From contig CBDEGZ010000003.1 of NCBI GenBank assembly GCA_965238175.1, forward strand, positions 384,001 to 448,000: 64,000 nt of DNA. The letters are read 5' to 3'. Below, in pieces: positions 49,294 to 62,847 of this stretch (within the stretch, counting starts at the first letter, position 1; every line of letters starts with the position of its first letter). The notes under the pieces were generated by a model. It was not told the origin of the DNA and did no database searches. It worked only from the letters and a program-made list of their open reading frames with translations. Origin of the DNA: Gammaproteobacteria bacterium (GTDB lineage: Bacteria; Pseudomonadota; Gammaproteobacteria; CAJXQU01). A program made the translations under genes and the position numbers.

Positions 49294-50154
49294 TCAACTT
49301 CTTCGAGTAATTTCTGAAATAGGAAAGTGAGCGACAGTACTCCCATCTTGAGGGCGCATCGATTCGAGCGGAACCCATGCATGTGCATAAACTATCTCAT
49401 AAGTAAGTGGTAACTTACCTTCAACCCGTTGTCTTTCATAGGCCTCTTCCAACTCGTTAATCGCCTTACGACCTAACAAACCTTTTGCTCGATCAGACGA
49501 AGCATTCGTAGCACCCAGACTTTTAAGATCAAAAAGCAACGATTTCGTATCTGTATAAGTTAATGTATAACGATCAACATCTAACACTGGTGCACCAAAA
49601 CCATTCTTAATCAAAGCGTCACCAATAATATGCATATCTAGAAAATCATGTATATGAACATCCGCCTCAACCTCTTGCCACGCAGCTCGTAATTCTTTCA
49701 AAGTATCTGGGCCCACCGTCGTAAAACTAAGTAAACCACCTGTACGTAAAATTCGACGAAACTCCTTAACCACATTATTTATATCATTGCTCCATTGAAG
49801 CGCTAGATTAGAAAAGATCAAATCAACAGAATCACTTCTTAATGGAAGGTGATCAATATCCGCACAAATCAAATTTGTTCTACTCCTGAAACTGGAGAGC
49901 TTTTTTTGATGCTCTCGCAACATACCCTGAGCAATATCGATCGCATAAACACGGCTTTTTTTATAAAGCTTCTCTAGTTTTAAAGATCCTGTTCCCGTAC
50001 CAGATCCTAAATCAACAATTCGTCTTGGATCAATTTTCGTAACCGATAATCTCTCAAGATGTTCAGCAAGCACCGCTTGTTGAACTATAGCTACATCCTC
50101 ATAGCTGGATGATGCTCGGCTGAAAGATTTTGCAACTTTGTTTTTATCTAACAT
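49294..50154 (-). CDS. bioC: Malonyl-ACP O-methyltransferase
   Basis: FSRAS..Y, DLGSGTG, SNLALQW, GPDTLKELRAAW. Confidence 0.93.
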   Translation of the reverse strand: MLDKNKVAKSFSRASSSYEDVAIVQQAVLAEHLERLSVTKIDPRRIVDLGSGTGTGSLKLEKLYKKSRVYAIDIAQGMLREHQKKLSSFRSRTNLICADIDHLPLRSDSVDLIFSNLALQWSNDINNVVKEFRRILRTGGLLSFTTVGPDTLKELRAAWQEVEADVHIHDFLDMHIIGDALIKNGFGAPVLDVDRYTLTYTDTKSLLFDLKSLGATNASSDRAKGLLGRKAINELEEAYERQRVEGKLPLTYEIVYAHAWVPLESMRPQDGSTVAHFPISEITRRS

Positions 50155-50909
50155 TTAGCAATATGCTCATGGATAAGCTCTGCAACTTGATCTGTTTCAG
50201 TTACGAAAGGAATATGGCCCGAATTAGATATTATCCTGGTTTTTATTCTTGGGTTTAATAATTTGATCTGCTTTTCAACAGCAACCGGCACAAGTGTATC
50301 TCTTTCTCCAAAGATCATCATCGCTGGTGTCTTTAGATCTTTGAGATTTTCTCTCAAATCGGTATTTAATAAAATCTGCAACCCTTGTTCTAAAACTACA
50401 GGTTCTATTTTTGATTTTGAAAGACTATGTAATTCTCGAATCCACGAACGTGGATTTTTATTTCCTGATGTCACGAGACGACCAAACTTATCACGCGTCA
50501 TCGCTGGCTCTTTATTGTAAGCCAAAATAAAACCTTCTAGGACTTTTTGATCCATCGCCTCTGACCAATTTTCCTTTTTTACAAAACAAGGCGTACTTGC
50601 GATCAATATCAAGCTTTTCACACATTCAGGCTCAGTTTTAGCCAACTCCAACGCAACCAAACCACCCATAGACCAACCAATAAATACAGCAGGCTCAATA
50701 ACTTTGTCCCTAATATAACTTGACATTGACGATAGTGAGTACCCACACAATACCTTTTCACCACCATATCCTGGCAAGTTTATTTTTTGAGTCCGATAGT
50801 TCTTTTCAAAAACTTCATTTATTGCTTCAAACACACCTGAATCAAAACCCCAACCATGGATCATAACAATAAGAGGGAGGTTCCCCTTATTAGATGGCAA
50901 GTACATCAC
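50148..50909 (-). CDS. bioH: Pimeloyl-ACP methyl ester carboxylesterase
   Basis: IHGWG, LPGYG, GWSMGG, GHIPF; within the bio operon. Confidence 0.9.
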   Translation of the reverse strand: MMYLPSNKGNLPLIVMIHGWGFDSGVFEAINEVFEKNYRTQKINLPGYGGEKVLCGYSLSSMSSYIRDKVIEPAVFIGWSMGGLVALELAKTEPECVKSLILIASTPCFVKKENWSEAMDQKVLEGFILAYNKEPAMTRDKFGRLVTSGNKNPRSWIRELHSLSKSKIEPVVLEQGLQILLNTDLRENLKDLKTPAMMIFGERDTLVPVAVEKQIKLLNPRIKTRIISNSGHIPFVTETDQVAELIHEHIAKC

Positions 50910-52056
50910 CCAATGCTGAAATCAATGAATCTATATGCTTTTTTTCATGCGCAGCAGAAAATGTAATGCGTAATCTCGAAGTATTTTCAGGAACGGTTGG
51001 AGGTCGAATTGCTGATATTTTTATGCCTTTTTCTAAAAGCAGCTGACTACTCTTTAACGCTTGATCACTATCTCCGACAATTATTGGTTGAATAGGCCCA
51101 TGCGCATTTTCTGATATCGGAATATTTCGCGCAGAGGCCTGCCCTCGAAAATAACCCACAAGATCAAATAATTTTTCTCGCCTCCAACTTTCCTTTTTTA
51201 CTAGCTCTAAGGATTTAAGAATTGCTGCAGCCATAGCTGGCGGCATTGCCGTTGAATAAATATATGAACGAGCTTTTTGGATCAATGTTTCAATCAACTT
51301 TTCTGATCCGGCCACGAAAGCACCCGAAATACCAAATGCTTTTCCAAAAGTGGCTACCATTACTGGAACGTGTTCCTCGTTCAAACAAGCTTCATTCAAA
51401 CGTCCAGCCCCATTTTCACCATAAATCCCAAAACCATGAGCATCATCGACATAACTATTAACCGCATGTCTATGACAAATATCTGAGAATTTTTTCAGAG
51501 GTGCAAAATCACCATCCATACTAAAAAGACTTTCTGTAACAACCCATGATTGATTTTGATCTACCTTGCTTAATAATCCTTCTAAATTAGTCATGTCCAA
51601 ATGATGGTAACGTCGTAATTTTGCAGCAGATAATTTAGCTCCATCTATCAATGAGGCATGTGCAAACTTATCCATGATCAAATTAGTATTCTTATCAGCT
51701 AATGCGCTTAATATACCGACATTTGCTACAAAACCACTAGAAAAAAGCAAAACTTTACTGCGCTTTGTAAATTCAGCCAAAGCATCTTCTAATTGTTGGT
51801 GGATTTTTGTATGGCCTGTAATTAAGGCAGAAGCGCCACTACCTACACCATAATCTTTTAACCCCTCATGCGCCGCTGAAATAATTTCTGGATGGTTAGC
51901 TAACCCTAAATAATCATTGCTACAAAAATTCAGATACTCCTGGTTATCGATGTGAATGAACGCTGTTTGATGGTTTTGTCGCACAGATCGGAGCCGATAG
52001 AGGTTTTCCTGACGTTGCGTTTGTAGATAATTTTCTAACTGATCATCAAGCGACAT
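50890..52056 (-). CDS. bioF: 8-amino-7-oxononanoate synthase
   Basis: FCSNDYLGL, HASLIDG, FSMDGD, DDAHG, TFGKA, IRPPTVP. Confidence 0.96.
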   Translation of the reverse strand: MSLDDQLENYLQTQRQENLYRLRSVRQNHQTAFIHIDNQEYLNFCSNDYLGLANHPEIISAAHEGLKDYGVGSGASALITGHTKIHQQLEDALAEFTKRSKVLLFSSGFVANVGILSALADKNTNLIMDKFAHASLIDGAKLSAAKLRRYHHLDMTNLEGLLSKVDQNQSWVVTESLFSMDGDFAPLKKFSDICHRHAVNSYVDDAHGFGIYGENGAGRLNEACLNEEHVPVMVATFGKAFGISGAFVAGSEKLIETLIQKARSYIYSTAMPPAMAAAILKSLELVKKESWRREKLFDLVGYFRGQASARNIPISENAHGPIQPIIVGDSDQALKSSQLLLEKGIKISAIRPPTVPENTSRLRITFSAAHEKKHIDSLISALGDVLAI

Positions 52057-53070
52057 TTAGATCGGTTTCATTCCAACTCGACTTAATAAAACCTGATCAC
52101 GCTTGTGTTGTGGATTATCAGTGGTAAGTAATTTTTCACCATAAAATATGGAATTTGCTCCAGCCATAAAACATAGAACCTGATGTTCATCATTCATTTC
52201 TGTTCTACCTGCTGACAAACGCAACATGGAGGCTGGCATCATTATACGAGCGATAGCAATAATTTTTACAACTTCAAACGGATCAATATCTTGCTCACCT
52301 TCCAATGGAGTACCAACAACTTTTACCAGAACATTTATTGGTACACTTTCCGGATGTTTGGACATATTAGCTAAAGATAGCAACAAATCGACACGATCTT
52401 CTTCACTTTCACCCATACCAACAATACCACCACAACAAACATTAATGTCTGCATCTCTTACATTTTGTAATGTGTCCAAACGTTCCTGATAGGTACGTGT
52501 GCTGATAATATTCTCGTAATAGGATTCCGACGAATCAAGGTTATGGTTGTAATAATCAAGCCCAGCTTCTTTCATAGAAACAGCTTGTTCCGAGGTTATC
52601 ATTCCCAAAGTGACACAGCTTTCTAAACCTAGCGATTTTACTTCTTTGATCATTTCAGTGATTTTATCCAAATCACGATCTTTCAATTCTCGCCAAGCAG
52701 CCCCCATACAAAACCGGCTAGCCCCTTTGTCTTTAGCAGCTTGTGCAGCGACTTTTACCTCTTCCAACTCCATTAATTTTTCGGGTTTTAACCCTGTGTT
52801 GTATTTAATGCTCTGAGGACAATAGGCACAATCTTCACTACAACCACCGGTTTTAATGTTGAGCAAGGTACTAAGTTGCACTTCTGATGCATTGAAAAAT
52901 GATCGATGAAGTGTTTGCGCTTGATACAAAGTCTCGAATAAAGGTTGAACAAACAATTTTTCAACCTCCGTTCGGGTCCAATCATTACGAATTTGATCAG
53001 ATTGTTTTAAGTCGTGTTGTTCAATATTAGCGATTTTTTTTTCAATGTTTACTGTTTGCTGAACTGACAT
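52057..53070 (-). CDS. bioB: Biotin synthase
   Basis: [11 protein letters not shown] radical-SAM motif, YYNHNLD, GANSIF. Confidence 0.97.
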   Translation of the reverse strand: MSVQQTVNIEKKIANIEQHDLKQSDQIRNDWTRTEVEKLFVQPLFETLYQAQTLHRSFFNASEVQLSTLLNIKTGGCSEDCAYCPQSIKYNTGLKPEKLMELEEVKVAAQAAKDKGASRFCMGAAWRELKDRDLDKITEMIKEVKSLGLESCVTLGMITSEQAVSMKEAGLDYYNHNLDSSESYYENIISTRTYQERLDTLQNVRDADINVCCGGIVGMGESEEDRVDLLLSLANMSKHPESVPINVLVKVVGTPLEGEQDIDPFEVVKIIAIARIMMPASMLRLSAGRTEMNDEHQVLCFMAGANSIFYGEKLLTTDNPQHKRDQVLLSRVGMKPI

Positions 53071-53114
53071 GCTGTACCTTACATTTATATTTTATTATTT
53101 AATTCTGCATCTTT

Positions 53115-53900
53115 ATGGATGATATCATGAGATCGCTCCAATCCATCAGACAAGTATATAAACAGTCTCTTTCACACCTGAAAAGTAATTATTTGATCGA
53201 GGCAAAAACATTTTGTATTTTATGTGGGGAGAAATGTAATAAAATAAAAACTTTTGAAAGAACACTTCTATGCACTGCCTGTACAAAAGATCTTCCACTC
53301 ATAGAAAACCCTTGTCATGTTTGTGGTATACCATTGCCTTCTAAAAACAGTACGACGACATGTGGAAGGTGTTTAAACACAGCACCTTATTATCAAAAAA
53401 GCACTATTCCACTTCAATATGAATTCCCTGTAACCATATTAGTTAAACAGTTGAAATATAATGATAAATTATTGTTTTCTGAGCTACTTTCACAATTATT
53501 AATCGAAAATATTCAACAAAACTCTAACCCTGTTCCTGAAGTTATTATCCCAGTACCGCTACACCCATATCGCTTAATAAAACGTGGTTTTAATCAATCT
53601 GAATTAATAGCGAAAAAACTATCTAAAAAGCTAGAGATCCCTGTTGATCTAAAAAGTTGTAAACGGATTAAAAACACCTTACATCAAACCAACTTTACTA
53701 TTAAGGAAAGAAAGAAAAACATCCGTAATGCTTTTTCGATCAACGAGTGTTTTTCTGCAAAACACATAGCGATTGTGGATGATGTTGTAACAACCGGCAG
53801 TACGGCCAACGAATTAGCCAGAATGTTTCAGAAATCTGGCACAGAACAAATCGAGATCTGGGCTTGCGCTCGCACAGTTCCTGATCAACCAACTATCTGA
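53115..53900 (+). CDS. comF: ComF/GntX-family phosphoribosyltransferase-like protein
   Basis: Zn-finger CxxC pairs, PVPLH, RGFNQ, VDDVVTTGST; divergent from bioB. Confidence 0.88.
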   Translation: MDDIMRSLQSIRQVYKQSLSHLKSNYLIEAKTFCILCGEKCNKIKTFERTLLCTACTKDLPLIENPCHVCGIPLPSKNSTTTCGRCLNTAPYYQKSTIPLQYEFPVTILVKQLKYNDKLLFSELLSQLLIENIQQNSNPVPEVIIPVPLHPYRLIKRGFNQSELIAKKLSKKLEIPVDLKSCKRIKNTLHQTNFTIKERKKNIRNAFSINECFSAKHIAIVDDVVTTGSTANELARMFQKSGTEQIEIWACARTVPDQPTI

Positions 53901-53926
53901 GTATGCATCAAAACCCTAAACATCTA

Positions 53927-56332
<2,406 letters not shown>

Positions 56333-56351
56333 CTAGTGTTTAGTGCGAGCA

Positions 56352-57422
56352 TTATAGCACTTCTTGAAAGTTCCCATGTTCCACGTGAAACAGTTTAGCT
56401 TTTTGTATGAAACCTGCTGGAATTAAGTTTTTTTCTGTAGCAGTAATAAATTGCTGTGTTTGTATAGAAGATAACATTTCTATCATGCTTTCTTTTCTTT
56501 CTGAATCTAATTCAGCTGGCAAATCGTCAACAAGCAGTATCGCTTTTTTAGCGACTAGCTGTTTGAGTAATAAAATTTTTGTTATTTCTAAAGCTGTTGC
56601 GAGAAGTTTAGTTTGTCCTCTAGATAAGACTTGAGCAGCAAACTGTTTATTAGTTTTTATCAATAGATCAGACCTGTGCGGACCTCTTCTTGTATAACCT
56701 GCTACAAAATCTTTTTCTCGACACGTTTCTATCGTTTCTCTAAATTCACCCTCACCCCAACCATTTTCATACATTAATGTGACTGGAAACTCACAGTATT
56801 TAGTCAACTCTCGTTGAAAGGTACTATCAAATTGATCAATAACTTTCTTCCGCTGTTGATCTATTACTTCTGCGGATTGAATTAATTTCTCATCCCAACC
56901 CAATAATTCGTTTATAGACCTTCTTTTTCTTAAAAGAACATTTCGTTGTTTGAGTATTTTGTAATAGGTTTGCCAATGTTGATAATAATCTTGTTTCACG
57001 TGGAACAATAGCCAATCTATCAACTTTCTTCTTTTTATTGGACCCCCAAGAATTAATTGATGGTTTTCAGGTGTTAATAAAACAATCGGCTGGATAGTAG
57101 CAAGCTTTGCAGCACTGTTTATCTTTTCACCCGCATATTTTATTAAAGTATTTCTTTTATCTCTCTCTATCCCTAAGGTTCTAATATTTTCTGCTTGTTT
57201 TATTTTTGAGACTATTTGTAGCTTTAATTTGCCATTTTTTATTATGTGCTCTGCTCTTGAGCTGCGAAACGATCTTGATAAAAAAAGTAGATGTATAGCC
57301 TCTAATAGACTGCTTTTGCCGCTAGCATTTTTCCCTGTTATCACATTCAAATAACCTGACGGCTTTAGTATTGCAATCTCAATATTGCGTAGATCTTTTA
57401 TCTGTAGTGATTCTATTGTCAC
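56352..57422 (-). CDS. recF: DNA replication/repair protein RecF
   Basis: GKNASGKSS, GPHRSDL, LSRGQ, DDLPAELD. Confidence 0.96.
   Translation of the reverse strand: MTIESLQIKDLRNIEIAILKPSGYLNVITGKNASGKSSLLEAIHLLFLSRSFRSSRAEHIIKNGKLKLQIVSKIKQAENIRTLGIERDKRNTLIKYAGEKINSAAKLATIQPIVLLTPENHQLILGGPIKRRKLIDWLLFHVKQDYYQHWQTYYKILKQRNVLLRKRRSINELLGWDEKLIQSAEVIDQQRKKVIDQFDSTFQRELTKYCEFPVTLMYENGWGEGEFRETIETCREKDFVAGYTRRGPHRSDLLIKTNKQFAAQVLSRGQTKLLATALEITKILLLKQLVAKKAILLVDDLPAELDSERKESMIEMLSSIQTQQFITATEKNLIPAGFIQKAKLFHVEHGNFQEVL
56377..56392. promoter_or_regulatory. parS centromere site (inside recF)
   Basis: TGTTCCACGTGAAACA matches the parS consensus TGTTNCACGTGAAACA. Confidence 0.88.
56992..57007. 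promoter_or_regulatory. parS centromere site (inside recF)
   Basis: TGTTTCACGTGGAACA. Confidence 0.88.
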
Positions 57423-57439
57423 TGTAAGTTGAATAATTC

Positions 57440-58540
57440 TTATAAACGCATAGGCATAATTACATAACGACTTTCACTATCTTCAGACGATGTTATCAAA
57501 CAACTACTATCAGAATCTTTTAACTCAAGGATAACTTGATCAGATTTTATAATATTAAGTACGTCCAAAAGGTATGAAACATTGAATCCAATCTCCATAC
57601 TCTCTCCAGAATAAATAACTTCTATTTCTTCTTCTGCTGTTTCTTGTTCCGGATTATTTGCTGAGGAGATAATTTTTCCTTCTTCTAAAACCATTCGGAT
57701 CCCTCTGAATTTTTCATTCGAAAGTATTGATGTTCTTGCCATACCACTACGTAATTTCTCCCTGTCAGCAAAAACCTTTTTATTACTGCCTTGGGGAATT
57801 ACACGATCATAATCTGGGAATTTTCCATCAATGAGTTTTGTCGTTAAAGATTGGTTCTCTGTGATAACGCGTAAGTGACTAGAACTTATTACTATTTCTA
57901 CGTTTTTGTCATTACCTGCTAACAAACGGTTTATTTCAAGAACCCCTTTTCTTGGCACAATAATTTGTAATAACTTGTCAAGCCCTGTTGAAAAGCGAGT
58001 TTCTGATAATGCAAGTCTGTGTCCATCTGTCGCTACCGCTCGTATGTTTTCTCCATCTAATTCAATTAATAAACCATTTAGATAGTACCTAACATCCTGA
58101 TGAGCCATTGCAAATTGAGTATTTTCTAATAATTTTTTTATGGTTGTTTCTGGTAAATTAAGTGTGCTTTTTTGATCTAAATTTTCAATTGCTGGGAAAT
58201 GATCAGCAGACATAGTACTTAGTGTGAATTTACTTTTGCCGCTGTGTATTTTTATTTTTTCTTCTTCAACGATTAATTCTACATTTGATCCATCTGGTAA
58301 AGCTTTAATAATATCTAAAAACTTTCTGGCAGGAATTGTTGTTTTACCAATACCTTCTGAAACATGTGGAATAACAAAACAAGATTCAACTTCCATATCT
58401 GTTGCTGTTAGTTTTAACGTTTCCTTCTCAACTTGTAAAAGAACATTTGAAAGGATCGGTAAACTTTGTCTTCTTTCTACAACACCTGAAATGGCTAAAA
58501 GAGGTTCCAGGAGTTCTTGTTTATTAATTAATATATTCAT
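57440..58540 (-). CDS. dnaN: DNA polymerase III beta clamp
   Basis: LPILSNVL, ATDME, ATDGHRLA, GKFPDY, YVIMPMRL. Confidence 0.98.
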   Translation of the reverse strand: MNILINKQELLEPLLAISGVVERRQSLPILSNVLLQVEKETLKLTATDMEVESCFVIPHVSEGIGKTTIPARKFLDIIKALPDGSNVELIVEEEKIKIHSGKSKFTLSTMSADHFPAIENLDQKSTLNLPETTIKKLLENTQFAMAHQDVRYYLNGLLIELDGENIRAVATDGHRLALSETRFSTGLDKLLQIIVPRKGVLEINRLLAGNDKNVEIVISSSHLRVITENQSLTTKLIDGKFPDYDRVIPQGSNKKVFADREKLRSGMARTSILSNEKFRGIRMVLEEGKIISSANNPEQETAEEEIEVIYSGESMEIGFNVSYLLDVLNIIKSDQVILELKDSDSSCLITSSEDSESRYVIMPMRL

Positions 58541-58759
58541 ATTTAAACCTTATTATTGTTATAATTAAGGAACTCTAATTCTGTTAGTAACTAATTAAAA
58601 ACCTTTATTATCAAATAATTAACTTGTTTGTATCTTTTCTTATAAACCTAGTTGAAAGCTGCATTTATCCTGTGGATTAAATCTGAATAACTTACTTAGT
58701 AAAAGCATACATTTTTACTCCACAAGCTTACCAACAAATTTATCAACAGTCAGGTTCGT
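58541..58759. other. Candidate oriC (dnaA-dnaN intergenic region)
   Basis: DnaA-box-like TGTGGATTA (58671-58679), TACTCCACA (58716-58724), TTACCAACA (58728-58736), TTATCAACA (58740-58748), next to a very AT-rich stretch at 58541-58625. Confidence 0.62.
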
Positions 58760-60124
58760 TTAAGTTGTTAGTATTCTATACAAGTTTGTATAGTCCTCAT
58801 TTATTCTTGGTTCTGCTTTACAAAGCTCATCTATTTTTCTACAGGCGTGTAGAACAGTTGTGTGATCTCGGCCACCAAAAGCATCACCTATTTCAGGAAG
58901 GCTATGGTTTGTAAGGCTTTTTGAAAGCGCCATGGCAATTTGCCTGGGTCTGGCGATGGATCTATTTCTTCTTTTCGAGTTCATGTCAATTACTCGTAGT
59001 TTGAAATATTCAGCAACTATTTTTTTTATGCTCTCAATGGTGACCAGCTTATCCTGTACAGCTAGTAGATCATTAAGTGCCTCTTTAGCAAAATCGAGCG
59101 TCACAGGATGGCCGGTAAATTTTGTATAAGCGATTATCCGTCGTAAGGCGCCTTCCAAATCTCGCACATTAGATTTGAAACGTTCACCCACCAAAAAAGC
59201 CACATCATCGGGTAAATCTATGTTCTCGATAACTGCCTTACTTTTCAGAATTGCAACACGTGTTTCGAGCTCTGGCGGATCAATTGCAACAGTTAAACCC
59301 CAACCAAAACGGGATTTTAATCTTTCTTCTACACCAGAGACCTCTTTTGGATAACGATCACAGGTTAATACGATCTGATGCTCACCTTCTTGTAATGCAT
59401 TGAAAGTATGGAAAAATTCTTCTTGAGATCGTTCCTTCCCGGCAAAAAACTGTATGTCGTCTATTAACAAAACGTCCACGGATCGGTAAAAACGTTTAAA
59501 CTCGTTAATGGTGTTATGTTGAAGCGCCTTAACCATATCAGCGACAAAACGCTCAGAATGTAGATAGACAACATTTGCGCTTGGGTTTAACTCCAGAATT
59601 TTGTTTCCTATTGCATGCATACAATGCGTTTTCCCAAGTCCAACACCACCACAGATAAACAAAGGGTTATATGCAGTGCCTGGGTTTTCAACAACTTGTA
59701 AAGCCGCGGCCTTAGCTAATTGATTAGATTTACCTTCAACTAAATTTTCAAAGGTATAATCTTTTTTAAGGCGGGTTGACGCTTTATATTTACTTTTTGT
59801 TGAGCTTACAGAGTTTGTCTGTGTCTTAATGGCATTAATTTTATTAGAATTAACCGAAGTAATAGGGGCCACTGTGCTCTTGGAGGTACCAATACTTAAT
59901 TCCAGTGAAAATGTTTCATTATTGGAAAGTTTTGTCAGTATTGTATTGATATTTTTAATATATTTGTCTTCAACCCAATCAAGAACAAAGCGGTTTGGTG
60001 CAAGAAGTTTGATTGAATTGTTTTCCTCAATGGCATGCAGAGGGCGGATCCAAGTGCTGAACTGATCTTGGGGGATTTCTGTTTCTAGTTTTTCTAGACA
60101 GCGGTTCCAAAGTGGGTTACTCAC
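58760..60124 (-). CDS. dnaA: Chromosomal replication initiator DnaA
   Basis: [40 protein letters not shown]. Confidence 0.99.
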   Translation of the reverse strand: MSNPLWNRCLEKLETEIPQDQFSTWIRPLHAIEENNSIKLLAPNRFVLDWVEDKYIKNINTILTKLSNNETFSLELSIGTSKSTVAPITSVNSNKINAIKTQTNSVSSTKSKYKASTRLKKDYTFENLVEGKSNQLAKAAALQVVENPGTAYNPLFICGGVGLGKTHCMHAIGNKILELNPSANVVYLHSERFVADMVKALQHNTINEFKRFYRSVDVLLIDDIQFFAGKERSQEEFFHTFNALQEGEHQIVLTCDRYPKEVSGVEERLKSRFGWGLTVAIDPPELETRVAILKSKAVIENIDLPDDVAFLVGERFKSNVRDLEGALRRIIAYTKFTGHPVTLDFAKEALNDLLAVQDKLVTIESIKKIVAEYFKLRVIDMNSKRRNRSIARPRQIAMALSKSLTNHSLPEIGDAFGGRDHTTVLHACRKIDELCKAEPRINEDYTNLYRILTT

Positions 60125-60194
60125 GAGGACTTATGAAACTCCCTATTAGTTGTTATAGTAATTAAACAGTAAATGATATACCCCTTAATAAAAG

Positions 60195-60203
60195 TTATCC
60201 ACA
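60195..60203. promoter_or_regulatory. Perfect DnaA box in the dnaA-rpmH promoter region
   Basis: TTATCCACA. Confidence 0.8.
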
Positions 60204-60348
60204 GGTAAGTTGATAGTGTTAGGCTGGATTATGAGAACTTAGATTAGAGGCTGAATTTAAGAATACTGAAGATATAATTGACATTAAATTCAGAGAAGAA
60301 GTATGATCGCGTCCCTTTTGCTACAGATCTATAGAGAATAGAAATCTC

Positions 60349-60483
60349 ATGAAAAGAACATTTCAACCAAGTAATCTCAAGAGAAAACGTCGTCACGGTT
60401 TTAGAAAAAGAATGAAAACACGTGCAGGCCGTGCCATCCTGAAGGCAAGAAGAGCTAAAGGTCGTCATAAGTTATCTGCTTGA
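60349..60483 (+). CDS. rpmH: 50S ribosomal protein L34 (missing from the ORF track)
   Basis: Manual translation [44 protein letters not shown]. Confidence 0.98.
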   Translation: MKRTFQPSNLKRKRRHGFRKRMKTRAGRAILKARRAKGRHKLSA

Positions 60484-60519
60484 TTCTAGAACAGTTGTAC
60501 GAAGTTCAGAGAAAAAAGG

Positions 60520-60849
60520 GTGCGCCAAAGTTACAATCTTAGAGAATCTGCTGATTATCAACAGGTTTTTAAAAAAAATGAAAGTTTGCGCGATAAAAAC
60601 TGGTTAATTTTGTACCGTTCAAATACATTAGAATTTGCGCGATTAGGTTTGGCTGTTTCAAAAAAGAACGTTAAAAAAGCGACTCAAAGGAATCGTATAA
60701 AAAGAATTATCAGAGAAACATTTCGAAAAAAAAAAGCAATGATAGTACCTACGGATATTATAGTTCTTGTGCGTCATGGTATTTCTGAAAAGAGCAACCG
60801 GGAGTTGATAAATTCCATAAATAGTCTCTGGTACAAATTGGAGAGCTAA
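60520..60849 (+). CDS. rnpA: RNase P protein component
   Basis: ARLGLAVSKK, ATQRNRIKRIIRE; canonical position after rpmH. Confidence 0.95.
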   Translation: MRQSYNLRESADYQQVFKKNESLRDKNWLILYRSNTLEFARLGLAVSKKNVKKATQRNRIKRIIRETFRKKKAMIVPTDIIVLVRHGISEKSNRELINSINSLWYKLES

Positions 60850-60887
60850 TGAAGTTCTAGTTAAATGGCTTAAACGGTTCTAGTGAT

Positions 60888-61139
60888 ATGAAGAAACTTC
60901 TTGTGATGTTAATACGAGGTTACCAGATTTTAATAAGTCCTTGGCTTGGCCATCGCTGTCGTTTCTTTCCCTCTTGTTCAAATTATGCAACCGAAGCGAT
61001 CACTTCTTTTGGTGCTTTAAAAGGTAGTTACCTTTCGGTAAAACGGGTTTGTCGATGTCATCCCTTTCACCCAGGTGGTTTTGATCCTGTTCCCCTAAAA
61101 GCGGATCAAAATACAAAACATCAATCCTCAGGAATATAA
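60888..61139 (+). CDS. yidD: Membrane protein insertion efficiency factor
   Basis: [29 protein letters not shown]. Confidence 0.95.
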   Translation: MKKLLVMLIRGYQILISPWLGHRCRFFPSCSNYATEAITSFGALKGSYLSVKRVCRCHPFHPGGFDPVPLKADQNTKHQSSGI

Positions 61140-61162
61140 ATAATTAAAACAGGAAATTTTTA

Positions 61163-62806
61163 ATGGACAATATGAGATTGATGTTGTTTGCAGCACTTGG
61201 ATTTGTCATGTTGTCCTTGTGGCAAGCATGGCAGCAAGATTATGGTGAGCGGCCTGAGCCACTAACGTTAGAACAGCAAGAAAATATAGACTCAGCACCA
61301 ACATCTATACAAACAAACATGGATGATATTCCAGTTGCTGTTATTAGTGATGATCAACCTGTACTTGAGAACCTTGTTGAGCCACTAACAAAATCCGGTA
61401 AGCGAATTGTAGTAGAAACGGATGTTTTTAAAGCTGTAATAAATACACAAGGTGGCGATATTCGTGGGACGGCGTTAAAAGAATTTCCGGTGACATCTGA
61501 TCGGCCAGATATTCCTTTTGTACTTTTTAACGATAACGAAAGTACATTTTATGCCAGCCAAGGGGGCATCCTTAGTAAACAAGCTGCTGCAAATCATCAT
61601 AGTGTTTTTACTTCCACTTCTGAAAACTATGTTTTAGCTAACGGGCAAGATTCATTAGATGTCGTTTTAACCTGGTCTGAGGGTGAAATAGATATTGAGA
61701 AAATAATAACCTTTCATCGTGGTGAATATCTGATCGACGTTACCTACCGAGTAAAAAATAATTCTTCGGAAAACTGGAGTGGTCGTTTTTATGAACAGCT
61801 AAATCGTAAACACGCTAATGAGGGTCGTAGAATGTTGCCAACGTTCACGGGTGCTGCGATTTCCAGCCCCGAAAAACGTTACGAAAAAATGAATTTCGAC
61901 GATTTAGCAGACGAACCAATTTCAAGAGATGGAACTGAAGGTTGGGTCGCGATGATTGAGCATTATTTTGTTAGCGCGTTAATCCCCAAAAGTGTTGATA
62001 GCTATCATTACTATAGCAAAGTACTTGATAATGGACGTTATGTAATCGGACTCTATGGGCCACAACAAAACATTGCACCAGGTGAAGTAAAAGAAGCAAC
62101 AGTGAAAGTATATTCTGGTCCGAAAACCCAGAAAGTATTAGAGAAAATTGCACCAGGACTCGAATTAACGGTTGATTATGGTGTGTTATGGTTTATTGCT
62201 AAACCAATTTTCTGGTTATTAGATACCATACACTCTGTCGTTGGAAACTGGGGTTGGGCGATTATCCTTGTCACAGTTGTGATCAAAGCTATTTTTTATC
62301 CTCTCTCAGCGATGGGCTACAAATCGATGGCTAGAATGCGAAAAGTAACCCCACGCATGACGGTAATTCGTGAAAGATATAGTAAAGATAAGGCCAGAAT
62401 GAATCAGGCAATGATGGAGCTCTATAAAGAAGAAAAAATAAATCCACTCGGAGGGTGCTTTCCAATTTTGATTCAGATCCCGGTATTTCTTGCTTTGTAT
62501 TGGGTGTTGCTAGAAAGCGTCGAAATGCGACAAGCACCGTTTATGCTTTGGATTCAGGATCTTTCGATTAAAGATCCGTTTTTTGTTCTACCGCTTATTA
62601 TGGGTATCAGTATGTTTATTCAACAAAAGTTGAATCCGCCACCACCCGATCCTTTACAGGCAAAAGTGATGCAATTTTTACCGGTTGTTTTCACCATATT
62701 CTTTGCCTTTTTCCCAGCAGGATTGGTGTTGTATTGGGTAACAAATAATATCCTTTCAATTGCTCAACAATGGACGATTACCAAGCGTATCGAAGCGGCA
62801 GCATAA
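61163..62806 (+). CDS. yidC: Membrane protein insertase YidC
   Basis: VDYG.LWFI, GNWGWAII, INPLGGCFP, PAGLVLYW. Confidence 0.97.
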   Translation: MDNMRLMLFAALGFVMLSLWQAWQQDYGERPEPLTLEQQENIDSAPTSIQTNMDDIPVAVISDDQPVLENLVEPLTKSGKRIVVETDVFKAVINTQGGDIRGTALKEFPVTSDRPDIPFVLFNDNESTFYASQGGILSKQAAANHHSVFTSTSENYVLANGQDSLDVVLTWSEGEIDIEKIITFHRGEYLIDVTYRVKNNSSENWSGRFYEQLNRKHANEGRRMLPTFTGAAISSPEKRYEKMNFDDLADEPISRDGTEGWVAMIEHYFVSALIPKSVDSYHYYSKVLDNGRYVIGLYGPQQNIAPGEVKEATVKVYSGPKTQKVLEKIAPGLELTVDYGVLWFIAKPIFWLLDTIHSVVGNWGWAIILVTVVIKAIFYPLSAMGYKSMARMRKVTPRMTVIRERYSKDKARMNQAMMELYKEEKINPLGGCFPILIQIPVFLALYWVLLESVEMRQAPFMLWIQDLSIKDPFFVLPLIMGISMFIQQKLNPPPPDPLQAKVMQFLPVVFTIFFAFFPAGLVLYWVTNNILSIAQQWTITKRIEAAA

Positions 62807-62847
62807 GCTGTTGGTGTAAATGTGTTTTGAACAGATAATAATCGGCA

